From a virus (Duplodnaviria > Caudoviricetes): a stretch of 64,000 nt of DNA. The translations under genes and the position numbers were made by a program. Location of the stretch: the IMG/VR virus record IMGVR_UViG_3300035135_000378, positions 5,907 to 69,906 of that record. The stretch is one strand, 5' to 3'. The notes under the pieces were generated by a model, which made no database searches, had not been told where the DNA came from, and worked only from the letters and a program-made list of their open reading frames with translations. This document shows, piece by piece, positions 17,878-26,638 of this stretch (position 1 is the first letter of the stretch; the number at the start of each line of letters is the position of its first letter).

Positions 17878-18830
17878 GCAGCGACCGCCATCTCAACTGC
17901 GAGTTCCGCAGCCTTCTTCTTCTTGACACCATTGGCACCGTACCATGCAGAAGTCATACGACCGTCCGCAGAGCGACCCAACTGGTGGTCAGTCAAGTAG
18001 GTCACAGAGTTGAATGCCTGCCACCATGAACCACGACCAAACTCTGCACCTGGCTGAGTCTCCAACAACTCGAACGCCTTCTTCGCGTTAGGTGCGAGGT
18101 CCTTGTACTCACGTACCTCATCCGCAGGTGACTGCGATGGGAAGAGAGAGTTGTAGTATTGAATCAACGTCTCTGACGTGAACTGTCGCGATGACAAGAA
18201 CTGTGCCATCTCTTTGTACTGGTCAAACTTCTCGTGAGCAAGACCCAAGTGTTGTTTGACCATCTGTGGGTCAAACGCACGTCGGTGGTTCACCTTGATG
18301 CCGTTGTTCGCAGAACCCTTCAGAGCAAGCGACAACGTATTCATGCAGGTCACACGGATTGGAGTGAATCGAATGTCGATTGACTTACCGTACTCGTGTG
18401 GGTTAGAGAACAGAAGGTATGAGTCAACTTGGTCGCCCTTCAACACGTCGAACGACTCTTTAATCTTGGCGAGTGCATAGACGAACTTACCATTCTTGAG
18501 TGAGCCCGCAGAGTTCATTTCCATGTCACCCGCAGCGCAGTACTCGTTGAAGAACGTGAACGCCTCAAGGTTCTGACACGGTTCCCAGTTACCACCCACC
18601 TGAGTGAGAACTGCGTTGTCCGAAGAACGTACGAGCGCTTCCATGCCCGTAGGAATCTCTTCACCATTGTAGTGGGCAAAAGTAGGAACCTTCTCTACCG
18701 ACCAATCCACACCAGCCTTCTCCATCATCTGTAGCGGTGTCATGTCGTTAGACACTTCAGTACCGATACCCCAAGGACATCCACCTACTGCAGCGGAAGT
18801 TTCGATTTGTAAAATATCATTCATTGGCAT
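17874..18830 (-). CDS. DUF932/DUF945-family phage/plasmid protein
   Basis: AG.DW.V.K.P, VG..W.P.QN.EAF.FF, AGSL.NG, TPIRVTC.NT, W.AFN.VT..TDH. Confidence 0.85.
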   Translation of the reverse strand: MPMNDILQIETSAAVGGCPWGIGTEVSNDMTPLQMMEKAGVDWSVEKVPTFAHYNGEEIPTGMEALVRSSDNAVLTQVGGNWEPCQNLEAFTFFNEYCAAGDMEMNSAGSLKNGKFVYALAKIKESFDVLKGDQVDSYLLFSNPHEYGKSIDIRFTPIRVTCMNTLSLALKGSANNGIKVNHRRAFDPQMVKQHLGLAHEKFDQYKEMAQFLSSRQFTSETLIQYYNSLFPSQSPADEVREYKDLAPNAKKAFELLETQPGAEFGRGSWWQAFNSVTYLTDHQLGRSADGRMTSAWYGANGVKKKKAAELAVEMAVAA

Positions 18831-19135
18831 TACGCAGCCTCCTGGCTTTTCAAATACTTGCGCTCACGCGCATCAATAATAAAGTCACGAACAAGTTCGC
18901 GGTCAACAGTGTCACCGTCAAAGTCAAGTGAAGGACGCGCCTTGAAGCGGTCAATCATACCTTCACAGATCTCGGCGAAAGTGAAGTCGTAACGGTAGAG
19001 GGCGTCAGGCCCAGTGTAAAACATTTGGAGATAATCGACAAAGTCAAGAACGTCAGCGACGGTCAACTCTGGATCATTAGGACGAAACGCACAACGGTAG
19101 TACTCACGAACAGCTTCAACTTGGATATTACTCAT
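18830..19135 (-). CDS. hypothetical early protein
   Basis: ATG after GAGAGTTGATT leader; FDGDTVDRE.VRD motif. Confidence 0.7.
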   Translation of the reverse strand: MSNIQVEAVREYYRCAFRPNDPELTVADVLDFVDYLQMFYTGPDALYRYDFTFAEICEGMIDRFKARPSLDFDGDTVDRELVRDFIIDARERKYLKSQEAA

Positions 19136-19168
19136 AATCAACTCTCTATCTCATTAACTTACGGGGTA

Positions 19169-19198
19169 AGTATAACACGATTTGAAAACATGTGTCAA
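19169..19198 (-). promoter_or_regulatory. sigma70-type early promoter
   Basis: TTGACA-18-TATACT. Confidence 0.8.
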
Positions 19199-19228
19199 GG
19201 CATATTTTAAAAATAAGCCAAAAAAGTT

Positions 19229-19438
19229 TTAGTGGATAGTACCATTACCATCCACTGCGAGCATCATCTTCTCGTGACGCTCGATCTCTTCCTGTAGTAC
19301 CTCAAGTTGTTCTTCGACCGACAGGCCTAGGCGGGACAACTCAACCGCGAATTCAATGTCATCGGTGAAACCTTCGAGAAACGCTTCGACGATGTCGTTC
19401 AACATCTCTCCGGTCTCACCCACGCGATACCACTTCAT
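19229..19438 (-). CDS. hypothetical protein
   Basis: ATGA-coupled ORF. Confidence 0.65.
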   Translation of the reverse strand: MKWYRVGETGEMLNDIVEAFLEGFTDDIEFAVELSRLGLSVEEQLEVLQEEIERHEKMMLAVDGNGTIH

Positions 19439-19884
19439 GCGGCCACCTCATACTCTTCGTAGGTACAATCAATTCGTCCACCACCTGACACCTGAATCCA
19501 AGTGCTCATGGCAACGGGTTTGAGGTCGAAGAACGACTTCGACTCACGCGAACAGTGAAGCTCACCACGCACCCTATCAACGTGAGAAACATAGGTGGGT
19601 TCTTCCCACTCTTCAACGTGGTCTGACTCCACGAAGTCGATAGCATCGACAACAGATTCGGAGATGACATACTCCTCAGAGTACGCAGAAGAGTGAGTGA
19701 TGGCGAAAGCCACATCGTCCCACCACTCAGAATCAGCGATGTCTGCCGCAGACGCGGAGACGATATAGGTGGAGCCACCTTTGGCCTTCCACCGCTGAGG
19801 GCAGTAACCCTCACCATCCCAATCATGGGCACCGTAGTTCTCACGGTACTGAGTGTGGAAAACAACGCGAATTGAATTAGACAT
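19435..19884 (-). CDS. hypothetical early protein
   Basis: TQYRENYGAHDWDG.G.CPQ.WK.KGG motif. Confidence 0.75.
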   Translation of the reverse strand: MSNSIRVVFHTQYRENYGAHDWDGEGYCPQRWKAKGGSTYIVSASAADIADSEWWDDVAFAITHSSAYSEEYVISESVVDAIDFVESDHVEEWEEPTYVSHVDRVRGELHCSRESKSFFDLKPVAMSTWIQVSGGGRIDCTYEEYEVAA

Positions 19885-19896
19885 AACAAAACCCTC

Positions 19897-20037
19897 TTAG
19901 GTATAAAGTAGACCGTAACCCATCATGAAACCAAGTGCCATTCCCATACAGACCAAAGTCAAGTAGGCAATGAAACCACCGTTACTAATTTCTGGCTCTT
20001 TTCGTTCGCGACGAACGTAATCTCGATAGGGACTCAT
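19897..20037 (-). CDS. small membrane protein (46 aa, not in track)
   Basis: ATGA-coupled; hydrophobic C-terminal half. Confidence 0.55.
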   Translation of the reverse strand: MSPYRDYVRRERKEPEISNGGFIAYLTLVCMGMALGFMMGYGLLYT

Positions 20038-20201
20038 TGCAGTGGGATCTCCATCTTAGGACCAACAAACTCGTTAAGGCGGCGTTCAACCTCTTGAAAC
20101 ATCAAAGTGTACTTGCGACCTTCAAGTTGACGAATGCGCATCGGGCACACCTCATACTTGAGCTTCTCTTCATACATTGCAATCTTTTCTTCGTAGGTCA
20201 T
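20034..20201 (-). CDS. small early protein (55 aa, not in track)
   Basis: ATG after GAGAGATTGATT leader below promoter. Confidence 0.65.
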   Translation of the reverse strand: MTYEEKIAMYEEKLKYEVCPMRIRQLEGRKYTLMFQEVERRLNEFVGPKMEIPLQ

Positions 20202-20231
20202 AATCAATCTCTCATCTCAACTTACATAGTA

Positions 20232-20260
20232 AGTATAGGCGTTTTCAAAACAAAAGTCAA
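20232..20260 (-). promoter_or_regulatory. sigma70-type early promoter
   Basis: TTGACT-17-TATACT. Confidence 0.85.
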
Positions 20261-20291
20261 GGCATTTTGAAAACTTTTTCATGGTAATTTG

Positions 20292-20441
20292 TCACAAACT
20301 GGATTTCTCCAGCTTCTCGATTTTGAGTTGAAGTGCGAGGATTGCATCCTCGACACGTGCGTTGTCTTCGGGAGACAACTCCCCACGGATCTCCGCGAGG
20401 CACATCAACTCGTTATAAAGATTACCTAATACTGCATCCAT
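20292..20441 (-). CDS. small hypothetical protein (49 aa)
   Basis: GGAGG RBS before ATG 20441. Confidence 0.6.
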   Translation of the reverse strand: MDAVLGNLYNELMCLAEIRGELSPEDNARVEDAILALQLKIEKLEKSSL

Positions 20442-20442
20442 A

Positions 20443-20718
20443 TCATGCCTCCTTAGGCGCAAACAGTTTACCGAAACCTTCGACCAGAAGGTTGTAAGAG
20501 TAGACTTCGTATCGCCAGTCATGGTCGAAATCGTAGTCGTCAGTCTCAAGGGCATCAACTTCCGCTTTCGCGTAACGCTTCTCGAAACCTTGGAGAGCGT
20601 CAAGAGTATCGTCAGTACCCATGAAGTTTTTGATGATACGAAGGGCTTGGGCGAAGTCAATACCTTCAGCCTGCATCTCTTCAAGTTCGTATTCAGTTTG
20701 GTAGATAATTCGTGCCAT
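20443..20718 (-). CDS. hypothetical early protein
   Basis: MARIIYQTE...; WRYEVYSYNLL motif. Confidence 0.65.
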   Translation of the reverse strand: MARIIYQTEYELEEMQAEGIDFAQALRIIKNFMGTDDTLDALQGFEKRYAKAEVDALETDDYDFDHDWRYEVYSYNLLVEGFGKLFAPKEA

Positions 20719-20753
20719 ATCAATTTCTCTCTCTATCATCAAATTACATAGTA

Positions 20754-20782
20754 ATTGTAGGCGATGTTGAGAGTAAAGTCAA
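20754..20782 (-). promoter_or_regulatory. sigma70-type early promoter
   Basis: TTGACT-17-TACAAT. Confidence 0.8.
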
Positions 20783-20823
20783 GGCTTATTTTTAAAATAA
20801 ATGAACTTTTTTTAGGTATTTTG

Positions 20824-21240
20824 TCACATTTCTGGTAGGTGTTTCGCGTGGATTTTACAACCGATGAATGCGTTGTAATAGTCGTCACGCAGGAGTACAT
20901 CGTACTCGAACTGGAGTTTTGCCTCGTAGTAAGAGCACTCTCCCTTGGTGCGGCAGAGTTTGAGGACTTCGCGTTTGTAGTTGTCTGCGCCACGGGATGC
21001 GACGGCTTCTTTGAGTTCCTGACTCGACCCGAAATACTTAGGCCAGTCGGATTGGACACGAGTCTTCACTTTGCGTTTGCGAGTCTTCGTGACCGGAAGG
21101 GTCTTAGGTTTCCAAAAGAACTTCTTACCGATATACTTCATACCAGTGTCTAGTTCGGTGATTTGGTAAACGAACCCTTGGTAGTCTTCTAGGAAGGTCT
21201 CTTCGGGTTCGAATATCTTGTCTTCATATAACCATGTCAT
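20824..21240 (-). CDS. free-standing GIY-YIG endonuclease
   Basis: GFVYQITE..TGMKYIGKK, YFGSS, E, YYN. Confidence 0.8.
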   Translation of the reverse strand: MTWLYEDKIFEPEETFLEDYQGFVYQITELDTGMKYIGKKFFWKPKTLPVTKTRKRKVKTRVQSDWPKYFGSSQELKEAVASRGADNYKREVLKLCRTKGECSYYEAKLQFEYDVLLRDDYYNAFIGCKIHAKHLPEM

Positions 21241-21244
21241 GCAC

Positions 21245-21778
21245 CTATCTATAAGTGCTGTAAGTCCTTATGAAGTAGGGTTCTCCGTTCGCGACCGTCT
21301 TCGACCACTCAGCGGATGCTTCATCGTCAGCCTGATCACTGACGTATTTGTAACAACGGAACTCGACACCCGCACGTTCGCAGACCTTGGCGATTGCGTA
21401 CGCCTCCATGTCTACGAGGTCGGCGGGAATCTCTAGGTTAGGATCGGATACAAAGTTGTCTCCAGTACTGCACGTCAGACCATCACCCTCACCAATGACG
21501 ATACCCTGTTCGAACGGAGTCTGGCCGGGGTCACAACCGATACCACCACACACCATATCGCGCTGCACGAACTGTGTGACTCGATGTAGTCCACCGTCTA
21601 CGGTGATACCACCTGCAGTACCAAAGTTCCAGACCACGTCTGGTTTATGACGTTCGATAAGTTGCGCCGCAGTCATCGCAGCGTTGACCTTACCGACTCC
21701 GGTAAAGTGCACGTTCTGCCACGATGACATCTTAGGTGCTTCGAGTTCTAATGCGATTAGAATTAAGTTACTCATCAT
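21245..21778 (-). CDS. mtnN: MTA/SAH nucleosidase (PNP_UDP_1 family)
   Basis: TGVGKVNAA, NFGTAGG, STGDNFV, VDMEAYA, YVSD. Confidence 0.85.
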   Translation of the reverse strand: MMSNLILIALELEAPKMSSWQNVHFTGVGKVNAAMTAAQLIERHKPDVVWNFGTAGGITVDGGLHRVTQFVQRDMVCGGIGCDPGQTPFEQGIVIGEGDGLTCSTGDNFVSDPNLEIPADLVDMEAYAIAKVCERAGVEFRCYKYVSDQADDEASAEWSKTVANGEPYFIRTYSTYR

Positions 21779-22295
21779 AGGTCACCACAGTGTAAGTTTT
21801 GATCTGTTGGCTACGGAGTTTCTCTGTGCCCCCAAGGTAGGCAAGATCGATAACACAACCATACGATACTTTCGACACATCGAACGAATAGAGCAGATCC
21901 GCGATAGCCAGTGCAGTACCACCTGTCGCACTCACGTCATCAATGATGCACACCTGACTGTTCTTGTTCAGTGGTGCGGTCGTTTTGATTTCAAGTGTGC
22001 GTGGCGCATACTCGCACTTGTAGTCACGAGAACGCACAGGTGGTGGCAACCGACCTGGCTTACGGATTATGTGTAGGGGTATACCCAAGTACAATGCGAT
22101 AGGTGCACCCCACAGAAAACCACGCGCATCCGGTGCAACAATGTCCGTATACCCTTTACCGTCAATCTGGTTGACAAGGGTACGAACACTCTGTTGGAAT
22201 GCCTGTGGGTTCTGCAGTAGACTGGTCACGTCTTGGAAGTTGATTCCTTCCTCCGGCCAGTCTGGTACAGATTGTATCACTTGTTTTAGATTCAT
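21768..22295 (-). CDS. apt: adenine phosphoribosyltransferase
   Basis: PDWP.EGI.FQD, DARGF, IRKPG.LP, IIDDV.ATGGT (PRPP motif). Confidence 0.9.
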   Translation of the reverse strand: MNLKQVIQSVPDWPEEGINFQDVTSLLQNPQAFQQSVRTLVNQIDGKGYTDIVAPDARGFLWGAPIALYLGIPLHIIRKPGRLPPPVRSRDYKCEYAPRTLEIKTTAPLNKNSQVCIIDDVSATGGTALAIADLLYSFDVSKVSYGCVIDLAYLGGTEKLRSQQIKTYTVVTYDE

Positions 22296-22438
22296 AACTG
22301 CTCTTCGTCAGATGTGGATTCTGGTGTCGCGTCGGCCCCGCACATAGGACAGTGCGCCGGTGGTTCTTCACTATAAAGAACTTCAACGGTTGTCTCTATA
22401 TCACATATAGGGCATTCAATTTTGTAGACAGTTTCCAT
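22292..22438 (-). CDS. small zinc-ribbon protein (48 aa, not in track)
   Basis: ECPICD...HCPMCG; coupled to nrdB stop and apt start. Confidence 0.7.
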   Translation of the reverse strand: METVYKIECPICDIETTVEVLYSEEPPAHCPMCGADATPESTSDEEQL

Positions 22439-23412
22439 TATGCTACCTCTAACTCTATTTCCTCCCAGCCGAAATCGTCACCTTCCATACCTACGACTGA
22501 GTATTCGGTCACACGCTTCTCAAAGAAGTTATCATGTGACGCTCCGTTTAGGACCCAATCCAACCAAGGGAGTGGATTGTCCTTTTGATTGAACAATGGT
22601 TTCAGTCCAAGTTGAAGTAGGCGTCGGTCCGCAATGTGACGGATGTATGCACGTACTTCTTTCTTGGTGAGCCCTTGTACATCGTTTCCTCTAAATGCGA
22701 GGTCGATGAACTTGTCCTCTAAACTAACTGCGTTTTCCGCCATGGTATATATCTTTGACTTTAGTTCGTCATTTACCACGCGTGGGTGTTCCTCACAGAA
22801 TGTACGAAACAACTTTGCGTTACCTTGTACGTGGATGGTCTCATCACGGATGGACCATTCAACGATTGTCGCCATACCCTTCATCTTACCGAAACGTTGG
22901 AAGTTCAGTAGCATGACGAATGATGCAAATACAGACATACCTTCGTTAAAGACTGACTGCGCGAGTGCAAGGGCCAGACCTGTATGCGAGGTAATGTTAC
23001 CCTCCTTCATAAAGTCGATCTTATCAGCCATTGCCTTGTAATCTAGGAACTTGTGGAAGTCCTCATCCGGTAGTCCTAGTGTGTCATTTAGTAATGCGTA
23101 TGCACGTTGATGCACCGCCTCTCGTGCCGCAAACGATGATAACATGTTGCGGACTTCGTTATTTTTAAAACGTGGTATAAGTAGTTCGTGATAGTTCTCA
23201 CCTACTTGTACGTCAGACTGAGTGAACAGACGCAGAACATGAGTGATAAACTCCTTCTCTGATTCTGTCAACTTAGTTTTCCAATCTTGCACGTCTTCGG
23301 ATAACTCCGCCTCATCTTCGATCCAGTGGATTTCTTCGTGTTTCTTCGCAAGATCAACAGCCCACGGATAAAGAAAAGGTTTGTACGTTTTTGAAAAGTT
23401 AAGTAATGACAT
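22438..23412 (-). CDS. nrdB: ribonucleotide reductase class I beta subunit
   Basis: FTQSD, EAVH..AY, NEG, DE.IH di-metal ligands and radical Tyr. Confidence 0.95.
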   Translation of the reverse strand: MSLLNFSKTYKPFLYPWAVDLAKKHEEIHWIEDEAELSEDVQDWKTKLTESEKEFITHVLRLFTQSDVQVGENYHELLIPRFKNNEVRNMLSSFAAREAVHQRAYALLNDTLGLPDEDFHKFLDYKAMADKIDFMKEGNITSHTGLALALAQSVFNEGMSVFASFVMLLNFQRFGKMKGMATIVEWSIRDETIHVQGNAKLFRTFCEEHPRVVNDELKSKIYTMAENAVSLEDKFIDLAFRGNDVQGLTKKEVRAYIRHIADRRLLQLGLKPLFNQKDNPLPWLDWVLNGASHDNFFEKRVTEYSVVGMEGDDFGWEEIELEVA

Positions 23413-23474
23413 CCATTATCCTATTATGGTTTTAGACTATAGATTGCAGTCGGTGATGAACGCCACCGACCTAA

Positions 23475-25463
23475 TTAGCCTTCGCAGGCGCGACATTCTT
23501 CACCGCCTGGGTTAGTATACGCCTCGTCGGTCAAGAAAGACATGAGATCCTCATACCCTCCAATGTAACGACCTTCGAGATATATCTGAGGTACAGTTGT
23601 GACTTTGCGTCCTGTAACCTCAGCAGCGGTTTTCTTGATCTCTTCCAGATCAATGTAGTCGAACGGTATACCACGAAGAGATAACTCTTCGGTTGCCATC
23701 TTACAGTATGGACAGTCTGGTTTACCGTAGAGGATAGTTCTGCTATCATCTTCGAGTGCCACGCGCTCAACTTTCTCGCTGACGTTCTCTGCACGGCTCT
23801 TCGCCTCTGTGCGTAGATAATACAGACCTTTCAACCCTTCCTTCCACGCCTTGAAGTGTACTTTGTTAACGTACCTCTTCGGGGCCCCAGATGGGAAGAA
23901 TAGGTTGACTGACTGACCTTGACAGATGTATTGTTGACGGTCAGCCGCGTGTTGGACAACCCAGTTTTGATCTAACTCTTGGGCTGTCTTAAATACTGCC
24001 TTCTCACCCTCGTTGAGGAATGGAAGGTGTTGCACCGATCCTTTTGCAGTAATGATCGATGTCCACGTAGAATCGTTGTCTTCTTTCTTATCCTTTAACA
24101 ACCGTTCTAGGTATTTGTTCTTTACTAGGAACGAACCCGCACGTGTACGGTGCGTGTATGCGTTCGCCTTCATCGGTTCTATCGATGGTGACGTAGAGAG
24201 GATAACACCACTCGATGCATTTGGTGCAATGGCGAGTAGGTGTGCGTTACGTTTACCTGACCCTTCTCCGTCGAGATACTCTCCGCGTTCTCTCGCGAGT
24301 TGTTCTGTTTCTGCTTGGGCGTGACGGTTGATGTGGGAGAAGACCACGTTATTGATCTCTCTTGCTTTGTCTGATTCCCAAGCCACAGAGTGTTTTTGTA
24401 GAAGTGAGTGGAAGCCCATTGCTCCAAGGCCAATACTTCTCTCTCTTTCTGCCGAATAACGGGCGCGGGAAATACTATCGGGCGCATTGTCAACGAAGTA
24501 TTGGAGAACGTTGTCCAACATACGAACAAGATCACGGACAATGTTAGTTTCTTTCCATTCATCATAATATTCAAGGTTCAGTGAAGACAAGCAACACACC
24601 GCTGTCCTATCAGCGGAAGTAGGTAGGTGGATTTCGTTACATAGGTTCGACCCGTGAATGCGCAGACCCTTTTCCTTGAGGGACATTGGTAGTGCACGGT
24701 TCGCAGTGTCAATGAAGTTCAAGTATGGTTCACCTGTGCGGAAACGTACCTCAAGGATGCGTTCCCACAGCTTACGTGCATTGACACTGTCCTTGACGAT
24801 ACCATCCTTTGGATCACGCAGGTCGAAGTCAGTGTTATTAATTACCGCAGCCATGAACTCATCGGTGATGTTGATTGCGTTGTGTAGGTTCAATGCCTTA
24901 CGTTGCACGTCACCTGTAGGAATACGGATGTTCAGAAACTCGATAATGTCCGGATGTGAAACGTCCAGATATGCCGCGTATGACCCTTTGCGTGTTTTCC
25001 CTTGTCGATATGCAATCATGTCTGCATCGACCGTGTGCAGGAAAGGAATCGGGCCTGGTGCGATGTCTGAGACAGTACGCACATCACGCCAGTGTCCACC
25101 GACACCACCACCCATGACAGACAACCAACGCAACTCACTAGAGTGTTCGATCAACCCCTCTAGGGTATCTGGTACGTAGGTCAAGAAACATGAGATCGGA
25201 AGACCGCGAGTCTTGGTGCCTTCCTTGGGTGCGTTCGACAACACAGGGGATGCGAACATGAACCACTTCTTACTCACATACTCATACAGACGGTTTGCCA
25301 GTAACGGGTCCATCTCACCTTTATAGGTAGCCCACGCCTCTGCCGCACGAGCGTATGCCTCTTGCGGGGAAGTCTCTTCGGACGTAAGGTAGAAATCTTT
25401 TAACATACCGACGGCGTAGTCGGTCAACAGATCATCGCGATCCGGTACAATAGTCACACTCAT
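23475..25463 (-). CDS. nrdA: ribonucleotide reductase class I alpha subunit with fused C-terminal glutaredoxin
   Basis: PISCF, GSNLCNE, IAPNASS, GLYYLR; Grx CPYC...TVPQI; terminal CRACEG. Confidence 0.95.
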   Translation of the reverse strand: MSVTIVPDRDDLLTDYAVGMLKDFYLTSEETSPQEAYARAAEAWATYKGEMDPLLANRLYEYVSKKWFMFASPVLSNAPKEGTKTRGLPISCFLTYVPDTLEGLIEHSSELRWLSVMGGGVGGHWRDVRTVSDIAPGPIPFLHTVDADMIAYRQGKTRKGSYAAYLDVSHPDIIEFLNIRIPTGDVQRKALNLHNAINITDEFMAAVINNTDFDLRDPKDGIVKDSVNARKLWERILEVRFRTGEPYLNFIDTANRALPMSLKEKGLRIHGSNLCNEIHLPTSADRTAVCCLSSLNLEYYDEWKETNIVRDLVRMLDNVLQYFVDNAPDSISRARYSAERERSIGLGAMGFHSLLQKHSVAWESDKAREINNVVFSHINRHAQAETEQLARERGEYLDGEGSGKRNAHLLAIAPNASSGVILSTSPSIEPMKANAYTHRTRAGSFLVKNKYLERLLKDKKEDNDSTWTSIITAKGSVQHLPFLNEGEKAVFKTAQELDQNWVVQHAADRQQYICQGQSVNLFFPSGAPKRYVNKVHFKAWKEGLKGLYYLRTEAKSRAENVSEKVERVALEDDSRTILYGKPDCPYCKMATEELSLRGIPFDYIDLEEIKKTAAEVTGRKVTTVPQIYLEGRYIGGYEDLMSFLTDEAYTNPGGEECRACEG

Positions 25464-25474
25464 ATCTTGCCTAA

Positions 25475-25810
25475 TTATTTCGAATAATCATAGAAAGGTT
25501 CGTCTTCTTGGAATTCATAATCTTCAATGATCATTTGTTTTCCAGTCTCATGGAATCGACGACAACATCGGAAGATGTAGTCCTGTTGTTCTTCGTCGTC
25601 CAACAAACCTTCCCACATCATGTGGTTGAGAAATGATGCCTTGTGGTTCTTCACAAGAAACCTTTCGGACGAAAGATATTTAGAGTCTGTGCCTTCTAGG
25701 GAAACGTATATCAGCTCACTTTCGTTATACTGATTTGGAATATCGTTTAGGTTTTCATCACCGTTTTCAATAACGACGATTTTGTACAGTTCACAGTCTA
25801 AGATCTTCAT
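25475..25810 (-). CDS. hypothetical protein
   Basis: first ORF below promoter 25838-25866. Confidence 0.7.
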   Translation of the reverse strand: MKILDCELYKIVVIENGDENLNDIPNQYNESELIYVSLEGTDSKYLSSERFLVKNHKASFLNHMMWEGLLDDEEQQDYIFRCCRRFHETGKQMIIEDYEFQEDEPFYDYSK

Positions 25811-25837
25811 CGTGTAGTTCTCTGGTTCGTGAGCAAC

Positions 25838-25866
25838 ATTATATAGTAGTAGGGCCGTTCAGTCAA
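25838..25866 (-). promoter_or_regulatory. sigma70-type promoter of nrd-apt-mtn operon
   Basis: TTGACT-17-TATAAT. Confidence 0.8.
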
Positions 25867-25874
25867 CTACTATT

Positions 25875-26057
25875 TTAAATGTTTTTGTTAGGTAACAATC
25901 TGCGCAAAATCGCGACGTTATCCTTGCGCTTGTTCTTACGGTCACCTTTCTTGCGGATCACCACAGTAGATGAGTCGTTACCAGCGCCAGCCACTGAACC
26001 AGTAGATACAGATAGTTCTTCTTCGAACTGTTTTTTGAACTCTTCGTAAGTCTTCAT
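25875..26057 (-). CDS. putative internal head protein (capsid targeting sequence-like N-terminus)
   Basis: MKTYEEFKKQFEEE versus T4 IPII/IPIII MKTYQEFIAE. Confidence 0.65.
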   Translation of the reverse strand: MKTYEEFKKQFEEELSVSTGSVAGAGNDSSTVVIRKKGDRKNKRKDNVAILRRLLPNKNI

Positions 26058-26638
26058 ATATCTCTTCCAAGTAGTACCATCTTACCGTCTTTAGTGTGGG
26101 GATCGGTGTTGTCGTACCGATAGATCCCTGCGAGATGGTAGGGGAACCTTTCACTATCAATGTAGTGGTTGATCAAGTGTGTCAGTGACGGATGCATGTA
26201 ATACTCGTAATCGTCTATCAGTATCCACCTGACTCCCGCATACCTCGCGTTCTGGATGTCAAGTGCAGCTATAGACGTGTCGTGTGCACCATCAACGAAC
26301 ACCATATCATACCCTATAATGTCATGGTAGTCAAGGTCTTTCGAATCTAGTTTTTGAAAAGTAAAACGTTCTGGAAACATGTCCATGATCATCTGTGCGT
26401 TCGGTTCTGTGTGATCGTACTGACAGATGTCGATGGAGTGGTAGCGTACGTCTTCGACCGACGACAATACGCACAGTGCACTATGGCCTGCGTTGAATCC
26501 TATCTCTAAAACATTTTTCGCTTTCGTATGATTATATATTCTTTTGACGACCTCAACGGTGCGATCGGTGAGAACTAAATGTCCCTCATCCTCGACCATT
26601 GATGCGTCAAGTGCACGAGACTGCTCAAGGAGTGTCAT
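26054..26638 (-). CDS. class I SAM-dependent methyltransferase (Methyltransf_24-like)
   Basis: VLEIGFNAGHSA, YDMVFVDGAH, ILIDDY. Confidence 0.85.
   Translation of the reverse strand: MTLLEQSRALDASMVEDEGHLVLTDRTVEVVKRIYNHTKAKNVLEIGFNAGHSALCVLSSVEDVRYHSIDICQYDHTEPNAQMIMDMFPERFTFQKLDSKDLDYHDIIGYDMVFVDGAHDTSIAALDIQNARYAGVRWILIDDYEYYMHPSLTHLINHYIDSERFPYHLAGIYRYDNTDPHTKDGKMVLLGRDI

Noticed and set aside
20739-21059. This and most other overlapping or plus-strand ORFs in the track (e.g. 17744..17938, 24658..25179, 61923..62543, 63141..63773)
   Set aside because: Shadow frames of well-supported minus-strand genes, lacking RBS or motifs.
22438-25463. Introns or inteins in nrdA/nrdB (also checked 41, uvsX, 43)
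   Set aside because: Frames are continuous with expected lengths and no intein or homing-nuclease inserts.
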